DNA of 64,000 nucleotides from an uncultured Solibacteraceae bacterium (GCA_964561215.1 CAZLOS010000011.1:7143-71142); one strand, 5' to 3'; shown: positions 21,772 to 31,792, counted from the first letter of the stretch. Numbers and translations are program-made. The notes: generated from the sequence alone by a model not told the origin.

Positions 21772-22734
21772 CTACCTTCCCTCGATTGAACGCTTGGCCC
21801 GGATTGCGAGCAATTCCCTTACGACGGTGTTGGTGTTGAGAGCCGTCACTCCGGCCGGCTCGCACCAGGAAGCGGGACGGAACGGCTTCCGCATGTGTCC
21901 GAGGTAGTGGCTGTCGCTTCCCACGGTAAACTGAACGCCGCCCTCTGCCAGGGGTTTGATGTCGGCAATAAGCGCCTCGCGGCAGGCCGGGATTTTCCAG
22001 TACGCTTCCGTGTCCCAGTTCATCTCGATGTAGATGGACTGACCCTTCAGCAGCTGAATCAGTTCCTCCTGCTCACCAGGTTGGAAGAAGCGGTACTCGG
22101 CGGCCGTGATCGTCTTCACGTCACGACCCTGCTTCTGGGCCGTTCTCTGCAAATTTTCGAAGCGCATCGGGAAGGGGTGGAACAGGATCATCGGCACGGG
22201 GTACTTCTTTTGCGCGGCCAGTAACTGCCGGGCCCGCCGGATGAGCGTCCGGCCGTTGGGCGGGGCGCCGCCGTTATTGGGCGAAATGTGGAAGCCCAAT
22301 ACGTCGGCCATGCGGAGCGGCGCGTCTTCGAGACCGCTGTCCAGCTCGCGCTCCGACACCTCCCAGCCCTTGAAAACGATCACGTCGCCGCGCCGGGCCA
22401 CGTTGTCGAAATCCGTCATCAGGGCGCGATGGCCCGCCGCGCCGAGCGGATACAGTGCGAAGAACTTGCTCTTCTCGCGCCAGGCATCGTACTCAGCCTG
22501 CGACCTGCGGTACAGCTCGATGTGGTCGAGCAGAACGAAGACCTTGCGCCCGTCTTTCACCGCCAGGTCGATCCACGTCTTCATGTCCACAGGCCGCTCC
22601 ATGCCGGCGTGCAGGTGCATGTCCATCTCGTGGAGCTGGAACAACCCTTCCACCAGGCCTTGCCCGGGGACGGGTTGCGTCTGAGCCGTCGCGGCAAACG
22701 CGAGCGCGCACATCACCACAATTGACCGGATCAT
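21772..22734 (-). CDS. Secreted PHP-like metal-dependent phosphoesterase (tentative)
   Basis: Signal peptide MIRSIVVMCALAFAATAQ. N-terminal DMHLHAG and C-terminal GSDSHY resemble PHP-domain metal ligands. Confidence 0.45.
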   Translation of the reverse strand: MIRSIVVMCALAFAATAQTQPVPGQGLVEGLFQLHEMDMHLHAGMERPVDMKTWIDLAVKDGRKVFVLLDHIELYRRSQAEYDAWREKSKFFALYPLGAAGHRALMTDFDNVARRGDVIVFKGWEVSERELDSGLEDAPLRMADVLGFHISPNNGGAPPNGRTLIRRARQLLAAQKKYPVPMILFHPFPMRFENLQRTAQKQGRDVKTITAAEYRFFQPGEQEELIQLLKGQSIYIEMNWDTEAYWKIPACREALIADIKPLAEGGVQFTVGSDSHYLGHMRKPFRPASWCEPAGVTALNTNTVVRELLAIRAKRSIEGR

Positions 22735-22794
22735 AATTCTCGCATTGAAACTAACAGCATCGCGGCAGCCGGCGCAAGGTGTAAAATTGGCCGC

Positions 22795-23640
22795 ATGACC
22801 AGATTCAGCGCCGCCCTCTTACTAGCGTGCTCGCTCACGCTTTGCGCGCAGGGCAAGAAAACCATCTTTGTGATCACGGACGCCGAAGGCGTCGCCGGCA
22901 TCTGCCGCCAGGAGCAGACCAACAACAAGGACCCCGAATTGCGCCAGTTGCTCGCCGGAGAGGTGAACGCCGCGGTCCAGGGCTTTTACGACGGCGGTGC
23001 GGATGAAGTCATCGTGTGGGATGGTCACGGCGGCAGCTCGACACTTTCCGTTGCCACCATCCACCCGCGCGCCAAGCTGGTCATCGGCTACATTGGCGCC
23101 AAGTATACTTTCGACCGCCATTACACCGCCTTGGCCTTCGTCGGCCAGCACAGCAGGGCCAACACACGTAAAGGCATCATGTCGCACAGCTACAATTCGC
23201 TGGGTATTCAAAACATGCTGCTCAACGGGAAACCGATCGGCGAAATCGAAGCAGCGACGGCGCTGGCCGGGATTTACGACATTCCGGTGATCCTGTTGAC
23301 CGGCGACAACGCCGCGACGGAGGAAATGCGGTCCATCGTTCCCAACGTGGAAACCGCCGCCGTCAAGGAAGGGTTGCAGCGTTACGCCTGCATCAGTCTT
23401 TCGGCCGAAGCCGCGCGCAGTACGATTCGGGAGGCCGCGCGCCGGTCCATGAGCAAGATCGGCCAGATACGCCCTTACAAGATCACGGGGCCTGTTACTC
23501 TCGAGATCGAACACACCACCCGCAATTCGCTCAGTACCGACGCTGAACTGATGCCCGGAACGAAGGTGATCGACGACCGCACCATCCAGTACTTCGGCAA
23601 GGATTTTCTGGAAGCATGGCTGCGCTACCGCTTCCGCTAG
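22795..23640 (+). CDS. Peptidase M55 (DppA D-aminopeptidase family) with lipoprotein-like signal
   Basis: VITDAEGVAGI matches the M55 N-terminal motif (ADIEGVAG-like). N-terminus LLLACSLTLCAQG looks like a signal/lipobox. Confidence 0.7.
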   Translation: MTRFSAALLLACSLTLCAQGKKTIFVITDAEGVAGICRQEQTNNKDPELRQLLAGEVNAAVQGFYDGGADEVIVWDGHGGSSTLSVATIHPRAKLVIGYIGAKYTFDRHYTALAFVGQHSRANTRKGIMSHSYNSLGIQNMLLNGKPIGEIEAATALAGIYDIPVILLTGDNAATEEMRSIVPNVETAAVKEGLQRYACISLSAEAARSTIREAARRSMSKIGQIRPYKITGPVTLEIEHTTRNSLSTDAELMPGTKVIDDRTIQYFGKDFLEAWLRYRFR

Positions 23641-23646
23641 AGCGCC

Positions 23647-24468
23647 ATGGCGCGCATTCCGAACTATCTCGGGTTGCCGCTAATCGCCGCCGCCGGCTAC
23701 GGCGCGCTCTATTGGTTCGCCAACCGTAGCATCTATTTCCCGTATGTGTACCCGCAAGGTGACTGGCAAGTACAGGCCGCCTTGGGGGCCCAGGACGTCT
23801 GGCTCGAAACCAACGACCGTGTGAAGCTTCATGCGTGGTGGATTCCCTGTGCCGGGTCGCGGCTCGCCACGCTATTCCTGCACGGCAACGCCGGCAACAT
23901 CACGCACCGCGCCGCCCACGCGCGCGACATTGCGGCGGCGGGCTCGTCGCTGCTGCTGGCCGATTACCGCGGCTACGGCAAAAGCGGTGGCCGTCCCACA
24001 GAAGCGGGCCTCTATGCGGATGCGGAAGCCGGCTTCGCGCACCTGCTGGCTCGCGGGTACAAGCCCGGCCAGATTGTCGTTCATGGCGAGTCACTGGGCA
24101 GCGCGGTGGCGGTGCATCTTGCCTCGCGCCACGCTTCGGGCGGCGTCGTGCTCGAAGCACCCTTCACTTCTGCTCGCGACGTCGCGGCGAAGCTGCTGCC
24201 GCTGATTGGGCCGCTGCTGGTTTGGAGCTACGACTCGCGAGCCAGGATCCACAGTGTCCGCGCGCCGTTGCTGATCATCCACGGGGATCGCGACGACCTC
24301 ATTCCGCTGCAAATGGGTCGCGCCCTCTTCAACGAGGCGGCCCCACCGAAGACCTTCTGGGCCGTGCCCGGAGCCGGCCACAACGACATCGTGGAAACCG
24401 CGGGTCCCGCCTACCGCGAGCGCCTGCGCGCCTTCTACAATTCCATCTCAGGTGGCAAATCGCCATGA
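23647..24468 (+). CDS. Alpha/beta hydrolase (BEM46/S9-like)
   Basis: Nucleophile elbow HGESLGS, HGNAGN oxyanion region, downstream HGDRDD and GAGHND. Confidence 0.8.
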   Translation: MARIPNYLGLPLIAAAGYGALYWFANRSIYFPYVYPQGDWQVQAALGAQDVWLETNDRVKLHAWWIPCAGSRLATLFLHGNAGNITHRAAHARDIAAAGSSLLLADYRGYGKSGGRPTEAGLYADAEAGFAHLLARGYKPGQIVVHGESLGSAVAVHLASRHASGGVVLEAPFTSARDVAAKLLPLIGPLLVWSYDSRARIHSVRAPLLIIHGDRDDLIPLQMGRALFNEAAPPKTFWAVPGAGHNDIVETAGPAYRERLRAFYNSISGGKSP

Positions 24469-26771
24469 AACGTCTTTGCCTGCTCCTGCTGATTTCCTCG
24501 GCCGCCCTCGCGCAAGAGGGTGTCCTCACTTTTGACAAGATTTCCAAGTATGACCGCGCGGCCGAACCAGCGTCATTCGGCATCCCATTTCCACAAGGTG
24601 TGTTGCGCGACGCCGCGCTGCTTGAGGTAAGTGACGGCTCCAATGCGGTGCCGTCGCAGACGCGAGTCACGTCACGATGGCCGGACGGCAGCGTGCGGTG
24701 GGCTTACGTACGCACGCTGGTGGATTTGCCGGGCAACCGCGGCAAGCAAATTACCTGGAAGGTTGCCGGGCGCGCGCGAACCCGCACGTCCGCATTGAAA
24801 GCCGAGCTTTGCGCGGACGGCTCGCTCCTGGTATCCACCGGGCCGGTCTCGGCGCGCATTCCGTCGCAGGGCTTCTTCCCGCTCACTGACGTGAAACTGA
24901 ACGGCGTGGCGTTCCCTGGCCGCATGGCAGGCTTTGCGCTCCACGCTGGGGCGCGCACATGGTCCACTGCGGATGCAGGCCCGGTAAAGATCGACGTCGT
25001 CGAGCAAGGTCCTGTGGCTCTGGTAGTTCAGGTGAGCGGCAGGCACGGCTCGGAACAATCTCCCTTCGATTTCACGGCAAACCTGACCTTCTGGGCCGGC
25101 AAGCCGTATGTGGAGGTCGATTACCGCGTACTCGCCGCGAGGGGAGATAAAGAGCTGTTGATCGATAGCTGGACCTGGGAGGCCCGGACCGTCGAATCCG
25201 CCCCGCGCGTTCGCGAGGGGCACGGTCACTACGGCGTCGCCGTCAGAGAGTCGGGTCAGAAAGCTGCCTACTCGTTCGGGCTCCGCGAATTCCGTTTCGA
25301 CGCCGTCGAGCACAGCATGCAGTCTTATTGGGGTGACTTCTGGGGCGACTGGGTGGGCGCGTCGAGCGCCCTGGCCGTAACACTGCGCCAGGCGCAGCAG
25401 AACTTCCCCAAAGGGATGGAGGTCACGAACAATGCGGTCACCGTCTCGCTCTATCCATCTTCCGGCGAAGCATTGCGATTCCCCCTCGGCGCGGCGAAAT
25501 CCCACCAGATTCTACTGCACTTCCACGAGCCGTCGCTCCCGGTGAAAGAGATCTCAGCTCGTTCGCTGCAATTCCAGGTCCCAGATATTCCAAAGCTTGC
25601 CGCCGCCTGGTATGCCCGTGCGGGCGTGTGGGAAGATCCGGTCTTCGGCGCGCCGTCCAGCCGACGGGTTGGTGCGTTGCGCTACGATGTGCTGGACAAC
25701 CGCCCCGTCGGGGTGGGCATGTGGAATTTCGGCGACGAGGTCGATTGGGGCTATACCGGCCAGGGCCGCGGCCGTGACGACGTCGTTTGGCTCAACAACG
25801 AGTACGACCTAACGCACCAGATGTTCTTGCATTGCGCGCGCACCGGCGAACGGCGTTTCCTCGATTACGCCTTCTCGAGCGCGCGGCACTGGCGCGACGT
25901 CGATATCGCGCACGTTTCGTCGGACCCCCTTCTGCGCGGCGGGCACATCGCGCACTCGCCGCGCCACGTGACCGGCGGCGTGACCCCCTCGCACCAATGG
26001 GTGGAAGGGCTGTTCGACGCCTGGCATATGTTCGGCGACGAGAGTGCGCGCGAAGCGGCGCTCGGAATCGGCGAGAATATCCTGCGGCACATGGCGCTTG
26101 CCCGCTACCGGGACGCGGCGCACTCGAGCACCCGCGACATGGGTTGGGCACTGCGCGCCATGCTAGCGCTTCACCGCGAGACGGGAGACGCACGCTACGC
26201 CGAGGCCGCACGCCCCATCGTCGACCTGTTCAAGCGCTGGCACGCCGAGTATCCGGGCTTGCTCTCGCCCTATACAGATCACAGCCAGGTGCGCGTCGTC
26301 TTCATGAACAGCCTGACGCTTGTGTCGCTGGCACGTTACCACAGGCGGTTCCCCGACGAGGAACTGAAGCGGGTGATTCTCGAAGAAACCGACGATCTGA
26401 TCCGCAATACGCGGAACGCCAACGGCCTGTTCTTTTACAAGGAACTTCCCTCGCTCGAATTCCAGGGCGCCACGCTGCTGGTTCTACAACTGCTCGGCGA
26501 GGCCTACCGCCTCTCGGGTGACATAAAGTACCTGGAGGCGGGCTTGCCGGAGATCGAATACTTCCTGGCCAACATGAACGGCCGCTTCGAAATCCACACC
26601 GGGGCCTCGGAAAAATTCGCTCACTCCGGCGGGGGGTACACCAGAACCTTGTTCTATCCGCCGGGCGGCAAGTTCATTGGCGTCGCCCTCACGCCGCTCA
26701 TCGAGTTTCTGGACGCAGCCAAAGCCACGCGTCTGGCCGAAAACCTGGATTGGCAGCTGAAGCTGAAGTGA
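24465..26771 (+). CDS. Secreted PL26/YetA-like (exo-rhamnogalacturonan-lyase-like) multi-domain protein with alpha/alpha-toroid C-terminus (tentative)
   Basis: ATG 24465 overlaps the preceding stop (ATGA). Signal MKRLCLLLLISSAALAQ. N-terminal RWPDGSVRWAYV pattern and C-terminal helical repeats. The 978-aa track ORF is an upstream read-through artefact. Confidence 0.45.
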   Translation: MKRLCLLLLISSAALAQEGVLTFDKISKYDRAAEPASFGIPFPQGVLRDAALLEVSDGSNAVPSQTRVTSRWPDGSVRWAYVRTLVDLPGNRGKQITWKVAGRARTRTSALKAELCADGSLLVSTGPVSARIPSQGFFPLTDVKLNGVAFPGRMAGFALHAGARTWSTADAGPVKIDVVEQGPVALVVQVSGRHGSEQSPFDFTANLTFWAGKPYVEVDYRVLAARGDKELLIDSWTWEARTVESAPRVREGHGHYGVAVRESGQKAAYSFGLREFRFDAVEHSMQSYWGDFWGDWVGASSALAVTLRQAQQNFPKGMEVTNNAVTVSLYPSSGEALRFPLGAAKSHQILLHFHEPSLPVKEISARSLQFQVPDIPKLAAAWYARAGVWEDPVFGAPSSRRVGALRYDVLDNRPVGVGMWNFGDEVDWGYTGQGRGRDDVVWLNNEYDLTHQMFLHCARTGERRFLDYAFSSARHWRDVDIAHVSSDPLLRGGHIAHSPRHVTGGVTPSHQWVEGLFDAWHMFGDESAREAALGIGENILRHMALARYRDAAHSSTRDMGWALRAMLALHRETGDARYAEAARPIVDLFKRWHAEYPGLLSPYTDHSQVRVVFMNSLTLVSLARYHRRFPDEELKRVILEETDDLIRNTRNANGLFFYKELPSLEFQGATLLVLQLLGEAYRLSGDIKYLEAGLPEIEYFLANMNGRFEIHTGASEKFAHSGGGYTRTLFYPPGGKFIGVALTPLIEFLDAAKATRLAENLDWQLKLK

Positions 26772-26780
26772 CCAATTGAG

Positions 26781-27419
26781 CTAATCCAATTCCTCAAGCG
26801 ACACCAAGCCGCGCTTGAGGGCTTGGACGATGGCCTGCGCCCGGTTCTCCACTGCGAGCTTTGCGAGGATGCTTGCCACGTGGGTCTTCACCGTCTCCTC
26901 TCCAATCGAGAGCGTCCCGGCGATTTCCTTGTTCGCGCGTCCCAGGGCCAGTTGCCTCAGGACTTCCGTTTCACGCGGTGTCAGCTCCTCGTGCGGTTCG
27001 GCGGCTGTCAGTACCGCGCGGGCTACGGCCGGATCGATGTACGTCTTCCCGCGCGCCACCGCGCGCACCGCGGCCAGCAGCACTTCCGGTTCGGCGTCCT
27101 TGCGAACGTACCCGGCGGCGCCCGCCCGCAAGACGCCCATCATGCGCGCCTCGTCGGTCGATGCGGTGAGTGCGATCACGCGCGTGGAGCGCGAGACCTC
27201 CACGATGCGGCGCGTGGTTTCGACGCCGTCGATGCCTCCGGCAAGCAGCAGATCCTGTAAAACGATCCGGGGTTGCCACTCGCCGAGGTGCTCGAGTAAC
27301 TCCTCGCCGGAGGATGCGATGCCGATTACTTCGAGATCCTCGAAGGATTCCAGGTACGCTTTCAAACTGCGCGCCACCACGCGGTGGTCGTCCACGATGA
27401 CGATAGTTGTCCTGTTCAT
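26781..27419 (-). CDS. NarL/FixJ-family response regulator
   Basis: MNRTTIVIVDDHRVV receiver and LuxR HTH LTPRETEVLRQLALGRANKEIAGTL. ATG 27419 overlaps the kinase stop (ATGA). Confidence 0.9.
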   Translation of the reverse strand: MNRTTIVIVDDHRVVARSLKAYLESFEDLEVIGIASSGEELLEHLGEWQPRIVLQDLLLAGGIDGVETTRRIVEVSRSTRVIALTASTDEARMMGVLRAGAAGYVRKDAEPEVLLAAVRAVARGKTYIDPAVARAVLTAAEPHEELTPRETEVLRQLALGRANKEIAGTLSIGEETVKTHVASILAKLAVENRAQAIVQALKRGLVSLEELD

Positions 27420-28717
27420 TGACAGACCTCGCGGCGCTCCCGTGTGCGGCGATAGCCGGTGATCGCACGAGCAAACAGGACAAGGGACATTGCCCCTGCG
27501 ATCCACAGACCGACAGCGCCGCGCCAGATAGAAAAAGCTGTCAACGCTGCTGTGGCAGCTCCGGTCACCCACAATTGGACACGATAATCCTCAACAGCCA
27601 CACTTGCCACGGGCACCGAAAAACGTACGACAGTGCCTTGAACCGGCGTACTGGCAATCTCGAAATCACCGTCGAACTCCGCCGCACGTTCCCGCATGTT
27701 GCGTATTCCCATGCCACTCGCCGGATGATTCATATCGAATCCCTTGCCATCGTCGCGCACCGTGAGTTCGAGCTTCGATCCAACGGTATCGAGCGAGACC
27801 ATCACGTTGGCTGCTCGCGCGTGGCGGCCGGCGTTGGCAAGTGCCTCCTGCGCTGCTCGAAAGACAGCCTCCGATGCTCCGGGTGCGAGCGCATCATTCG
27901 GGGGGAGGGTGCCCATCTGAAATTCCACACGAGCACCACTGCGGAATCCATGTGCCTCGCATTGCTTACGCAACGCAGCCACCATCCCCCTGACTTCCAG
28001 TGGCGCCGCACGCAGTTGGTCAAGCATGGCTTCCAGTTCCGCCATGGCCTCTTTCGCCGCCTCGCGCACTTGCCCGATCGCGTTCCGGGCGCCATCGGGA
28101 TCATTATTGTAGCGTGCCTCCACTGTGGCCGCAGCGGTCTGCACCACGAAGATCTGCTGCTTGATGGCGTCGTGCAGATCCCGGGCCAATCGGTGACGCT
28201 CCTCCTGGCCCGCCGCTTCGCGAATCTGCCGCTCGTAAGCGGAACGCAGCTGCCGGGGCGTTTGCGAGGATTCCTTGCCGAACAGCGTCGTCAAAACCCC
28301 GATCGATCCGTGTTCATCGATACGCGCTTGCCACCAAGCGAAGGACAGAATCAGGAAGGCCAACATCGGTACAGCTGTCACCCACTCCGGAATCCACTCC
28401 AGCAGGATCACATGACGCTCCACATCCACCACCGCACACAAGATGAAATGTGCAGCGGCGGCCCAAGCCAAGGCGTGGTAGCGCGCCACGGAATCATCGA
28501 CGCGGACCATAGCGGCGGCGAAGCATGCCGCAGCCGCGAACAGTGCTCCCAGAATGCGGATCAAGGCCGCTCTTCCATAGGGCAGGCCGGGCAGATGAGT
28601 TCCGAACCACATGGGCCCCCACGCGATCAGGAGCAAGCCCGCTAGCCCCGCCACAATGGCGTAACAGAGGAAGACCATCCTCGTATCAAGAGCGTCCAGT
28701 CTCTCTCCGGTTCGCAT
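27416..28717 (-). CDS. Membrane sensor histidine kinase (HisKA_3 class) with extra C-terminal TM helices
   Basis: About four N-terminal TM segments. H-box RDLHDAIKQQI, EALANAGRHA, RDDGKGF, GMGIRNMRERA. Two hydrophobic helices follow the ATPase domain. Confidence 0.85.
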   Translation of the reverse strand: MRTGERLDALDTRMVFLCYAIVAGLAGLLLIAWGPMWFGTHLPGLPYGRAALIRILGALFAAAACFAAAMVRVDDSVARYHALAWAAAAHFILCAVVDVERHVILLEWIPEWVTAVPMLAFLILSFAWWQARIDEHGSIGVLTTLFGKESSQTPRQLRSAYERQIREAAGQEERHRLARDLHDAIKQQIFVVQTAAATVEARYNNDPDGARNAIGQVREAAKEAMAELEAMLDQLRAAPLEVRGMVAALRKQCEAHGFRSGARVEFQMGTLPPNDALAPGASEAVFRAAQEALANAGRHARAANVMVSLDTVGSKLELTVRDDGKGFDMNHPASGMGIRNMRERAAEFDGDFEIASTPVQGTVVRFSVPVASVAVEDYRVQLWVTGAATAALTAFSIWRGAVGLWIAGAMSLVLFARAITGYRRTRERREVCQ

Positions 28718-28795
28718 GTTTCAAGTGTATGGCGCGCCGGTCCGCCGCACATCACCATCAAGCCGGAGACGGCGATCCCTCGATTGGGGGACCGC

Positions 28796-29629
28796 TCACC
28801 GCCGCCGCGCGGCGCGAATTCGCGTCAGTTCCTTGCGCAGCAGTCGATTCGCTGGATACTCCTCGACCAGGCCGGTGAGCAGCTTCTCGGCCTCCCACGG
28901 CCGCTTTTCGCGCAGGTGGATGACCGCCAGCAGCACGCGCGCGAACGGTCCGTAGTAACGCCCGTGCGCGGCCACCAGCTCGAGGTCGCGGACCGCTTTC
29001 TGCTTGCTGCCCTCAATCTGATCGATGCGAATGAACCAGCGAATGAAGAACGGCAGGCTGCCCAACACGTACTCCACCGAGCCGACTGCCAGGTGTGCAT
29101 CGTAAAAGGGCGGATTGAGCGCCAGCAGCCTGATGGACCACGCCTGCGTCTGTTTAGCGAGCGAAAAGCTCGCCAGGCGGCGTTTCTCGATCAGCGCGGC
29201 ATAGTCGGTCACCAGTCCCGCCGCGATGCACTGCGCGAACAGCGCGTCGCGGTCTCCCGGATCGGCCGCCAGGCGCGCGTCCGCAAGTTCGCGGGCCTTT
29301 GCGATGAACCGGAACAGCTCGGCGCGAACGGCCGGGTCCGGCGTGATCTTCCTGCGGTCGATGATCCGCTCGTCGTCGGAGAAGAAATCCGATTGCAGGA
29401 TGTGCAATCGATCCAGCTCACCGAAAAAGTAAGTGGCGCCCTTGACGGCACGATACAGAGGCGCCTGCGGCTCCCGCTCGATGGCCCGATCGAGGGTGGC
29501 GTGCGCTCCGGCAAAGTCGGTGTTGTACAAGCGCACGAATGCCTGTCCCGTGGGAGTCGAGACATCAACCTTGGCCGTCTGCGCCAAGCAGGCTATGGCG
29601 AGACAGAGAGATAGAAAAACACACTGCAA
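28796..29629 (-). CDS. Secreted helical (TPR-like) hypothetical protein
   Basis: Signal MQCVFLSLCLAIACLAQ. All-helical composition, GC3-rich frame, no motif recognised. Confidence 0.5.
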   Translation of the reverse strand: MQCVFLSLCLAIACLAQTAKVDVSTPTGQAFVRLYNTDFAGAHATLDRAIEREPQAPLYRAVKGATYFFGELDRLHILQSDFFSDDERIIDRRKITPDPAVRAELFRFIAKARELADARLAADPGDRDALFAQCIAAGLVTDYAALIEKRRLASFSLAKQTQAWSIRLLALNPPFYDAHLAVGSVEYVLGSLPFFIRWFIRIDQIEGSKQKAVRDLELVAAHGRYYGPFARVLLAVIHLREKRPWEAEKLLTGLVEEYPANRLLRKELTRIRAARRR

Positions 29630-29659
29630 ACCGCAGTATAGCAGCGTGCGACCGCCGGC

Positions 29660-30895
29660 CTACTTCGGCGGGCCGTACTTGCCCAGCTTCTGCCAGTCCT
29701 GGCTGGCCAGGCCGTTGAGGTCCCAGGCCGTCTTGCCATCGCGCAGGGTCAGCTCCGCCACCAGCTTTGAAGTGCCATTCATGCGCGCGCCGTAGACGTC
29801 GACGAAGCCGAAATCGCCATGTGCCAGCCTCAGCACGGCCACGTCCGCCGGAGCGCCTACCGACAAGTGCCCCACAACCTCGCGGTGGATCTGCTTCGCC
29901 GGCTGCCAGGTGGAGCGCAGGATCACCTCATCGAGCGGCATTCCCATGTTCAGCATCTTCGACATCACGTTGAGCATGTCTTTCATGCCGGCGTTCATGC
30001 TGCCGGTGTGCAGGTCGGTTGAGATGGAATCCGGCCTGAAGCCCTGCTTCATTGCCGGCACCGCATAGCGAAAAATGAAGCTGCCGGCGCCGTGGCCCAG
30101 GTCGAACAGCACTCCGCGTTTACGCGCTTCCCATAGATACGGGGCCACACGCCCGTCCGAGTCGAACATGGGCACGCGTTCCAGGTAGAGGTGCGTATAC
30201 ATGTCGCCGGGGCGCAGTTTCCTGGTGATAAGCTCCGCGAAGGGGCGCTGGGGGACGAACTCCCCGAAGTCCACCATCACGGGCAGCCCGGCCAGCTCGG
30301 CGGCCTGGATGGCGCGGTCGACGGCAACCCATTCCGGCCCCGCGTAATGCGCGGTTTTGATACCGACCACGAAATCCTTGTATTGGCGCGCGCATTCGGC
30401 GGCCGCGGCCGGATCCATCTCCGCCGGATCCTGTTCCGGCTTCCCGCTCATGCCTCGCCCAACGATATTGACGAAAGCGTAAACCCGCGTGCGCGAACGC
30501 TTGGCCACCTTCTCGTAAAATTCCGGCATGCCGCGCCATCCGGAACTGCCCGCGTCGGCCACCGCAGTGACGCCGCTGCGCAGCGTGAAATCGTCCGGGT
30601 AGACGCCCAACTCGCCGGTGTGCTCGCCCACGGCGCACGAGCCCGCGAAGGCGTGCACGTGGATGTCGACCAGCCCCGGCGTAACGTACAGCGAGCGGAC
30701 GTCGACGACACGCTTGGCCTTCGCCGCCGGGATGCCGGCTTCGACGGCCGCGATCCGGCCTTTCGCGATCGCCACGTCGCGCACGGCGCTCACTTTGTTT
30801 TTCGGATCTATGACGTGCCCGCCCTTGAGCACGAGGTCATACGGCGTCTGCGCCAGGGCGCACCACGCCCCAGCGAGCAACAGAATCCATCGCAT
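29660..30895 (-). CDS. Exported amidohydrolase-family metallohydrolase (dihydroorotase/deacetylase-like)
   Basis: Signal MRWILLLAGAWCALAQ and metal motif GLVDIHVHAF. 411 aa. Confidence 0.8.
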   Translation of the reverse strand: MRWILLLAGAWCALAQTPYDLVLKGGHVIDPKNKVSAVRDVAIAKGRIAAVEAGIPAAKAKRVVDVRSLYVTPGLVDIHVHAFAGSCAVGEHTGELGVYPDDFTLRSGVTAVADAGSSGWRGMPEFYEKVAKRSRTRVYAFVNIVGRGMSGKPEQDPAEMDPAAAAECARQYKDFVVGIKTAHYAGPEWVAVDRAIQAAELAGLPVMVDFGEFVPQRPFAELITRKLRPGDMYTHLYLERVPMFDSDGRVAPYLWEARKRGVLFDLGHGAGSFIFRYAVPAMKQGFRPDSISTDLHTGSMNAGMKDMLNVMSKMLNMGMPLDEVILRSTWQPAKQIHREVVGHLSVGAPADVAVLRLAHGDFGFVDVYGARMNGTSKLVAELTLRDGKTAWDLNGLASQDWQKLGKYGPPK

Positions 30896-30919
30896 GAAAG
30901 CTATGTTAGTCGACGGCGG

Positions 30920-31732
30920 TCAGTCTTTGCGGATCCAGTCGACGATCTCTTTGGCGATCTCGTCCACCGGCATGTCTTTCACTACACGAGTTTCGCGCTG
31001 CTGTTTGGGCAGCGTGACGCTTTCGAACTTCGCGCCGGCGGCGGCGGCCGGAGCGGGTTTGGCACGTTGCAGCGCGGGCATCACCGTGCGCATGTTGGCC
31101 ATGCCGACTTGCGGGTTGTTGCGCGGCTCGGGCAGATTGCCGGTGGCCCAGCCGAACACTGCGGGCGGGCCGGCGCACACCGATACCTGGTGTTTGCCGC
31201 CTTCCACGCGCTCCAGGATGCGCAGCGTACCGTCGGGATTCACCGTCAGCTCATCGACGCCCTGGAACTGGTCCACGATGCCGAGCAGTTCGCCGACCAC
31301 CTGCATGGTCGTGCTGGCGCCGCGCGAGGCCGATTCCCAACCGCCGAATACCAGCAGCCGGGACATGTCCAGGCCGGCGATGGACTTGATTGCGCCCGCT
31401 AGCGCCTGCGCCACGGCCGTGCTCTCCGCGAAACCGCTGGCCGAACCATCGATGGCTACCAGTTCGAACGGCACCTTCTGCGCGACGGTGGTCATCACCT
31501 GCTGCAGCTTCGCCTTGGGGGCTTGGGTGACCAGCCACACCTTGCTACCGGCCACGTGCTTAGCCAGGTTCGCGGCCTCATAAAGTGCGTGTCCGGCCCA
31601 CGGGTCGAGCACGGCGGGCAGCATCATTTCGTTCTTGAGCCCCGGTCCGGTGGGAGTCGAAACAGGCTCCAGGGTTTGCAGAGGATCGGGCACGATGCTG
31701 CCGCAGACGACTATCTGATATCCGCCAGTCAT
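30920..31732 (-). CDS. Electron-transfer-flavoprotein beta-subunit (EtfB/FixA)-like protein
   Basis: IVVCGSIVPD, LLVFGGWESASRGASTTMQVVGELLG and PAVFGW...EPR follow the EtfB pattern. Confidence 0.7.
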   Translation of the reverse strand: MTGGYQIVVCGSIVPDPLQTLEPVSTPTGPGLKNEMMLPAVLDPWAGHALYEAANLAKHVAGSKVWLVTQAPKAKLQQVMTTVAQKVPFELVAIDGSASGFAESTAVAQALAGAIKSIAGLDMSRLLVFGGWESASRGASTTMQVVGELLGIVDQFQGVDELTVNPDGTLRILERVEGGKHQVSVCAGPPAVFGWATGNLPEPRNNPQVGMANMRTVMPALQRAKPAPAAAAGAKFESVTLPKQQRETRVVKDMPVDEIAKEIVDWIRKD

Positions 31733-31792
31733 ATGAATTGAAGACTTTCTTCGATTGTAACAGGGCGCGGCAGTGGCGCCCGCGCCGGCCTC

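Noticed and set aside
23835-24464. N-terminal 210 codons of the 978-aa track ORF
   Set aside because: This part overlaps the alpha/beta hydrolase gene in another frame and is Arg-rich nonsense. A clean signal peptide starts at ATG 24465, which is coupled to the hydrolase stop.
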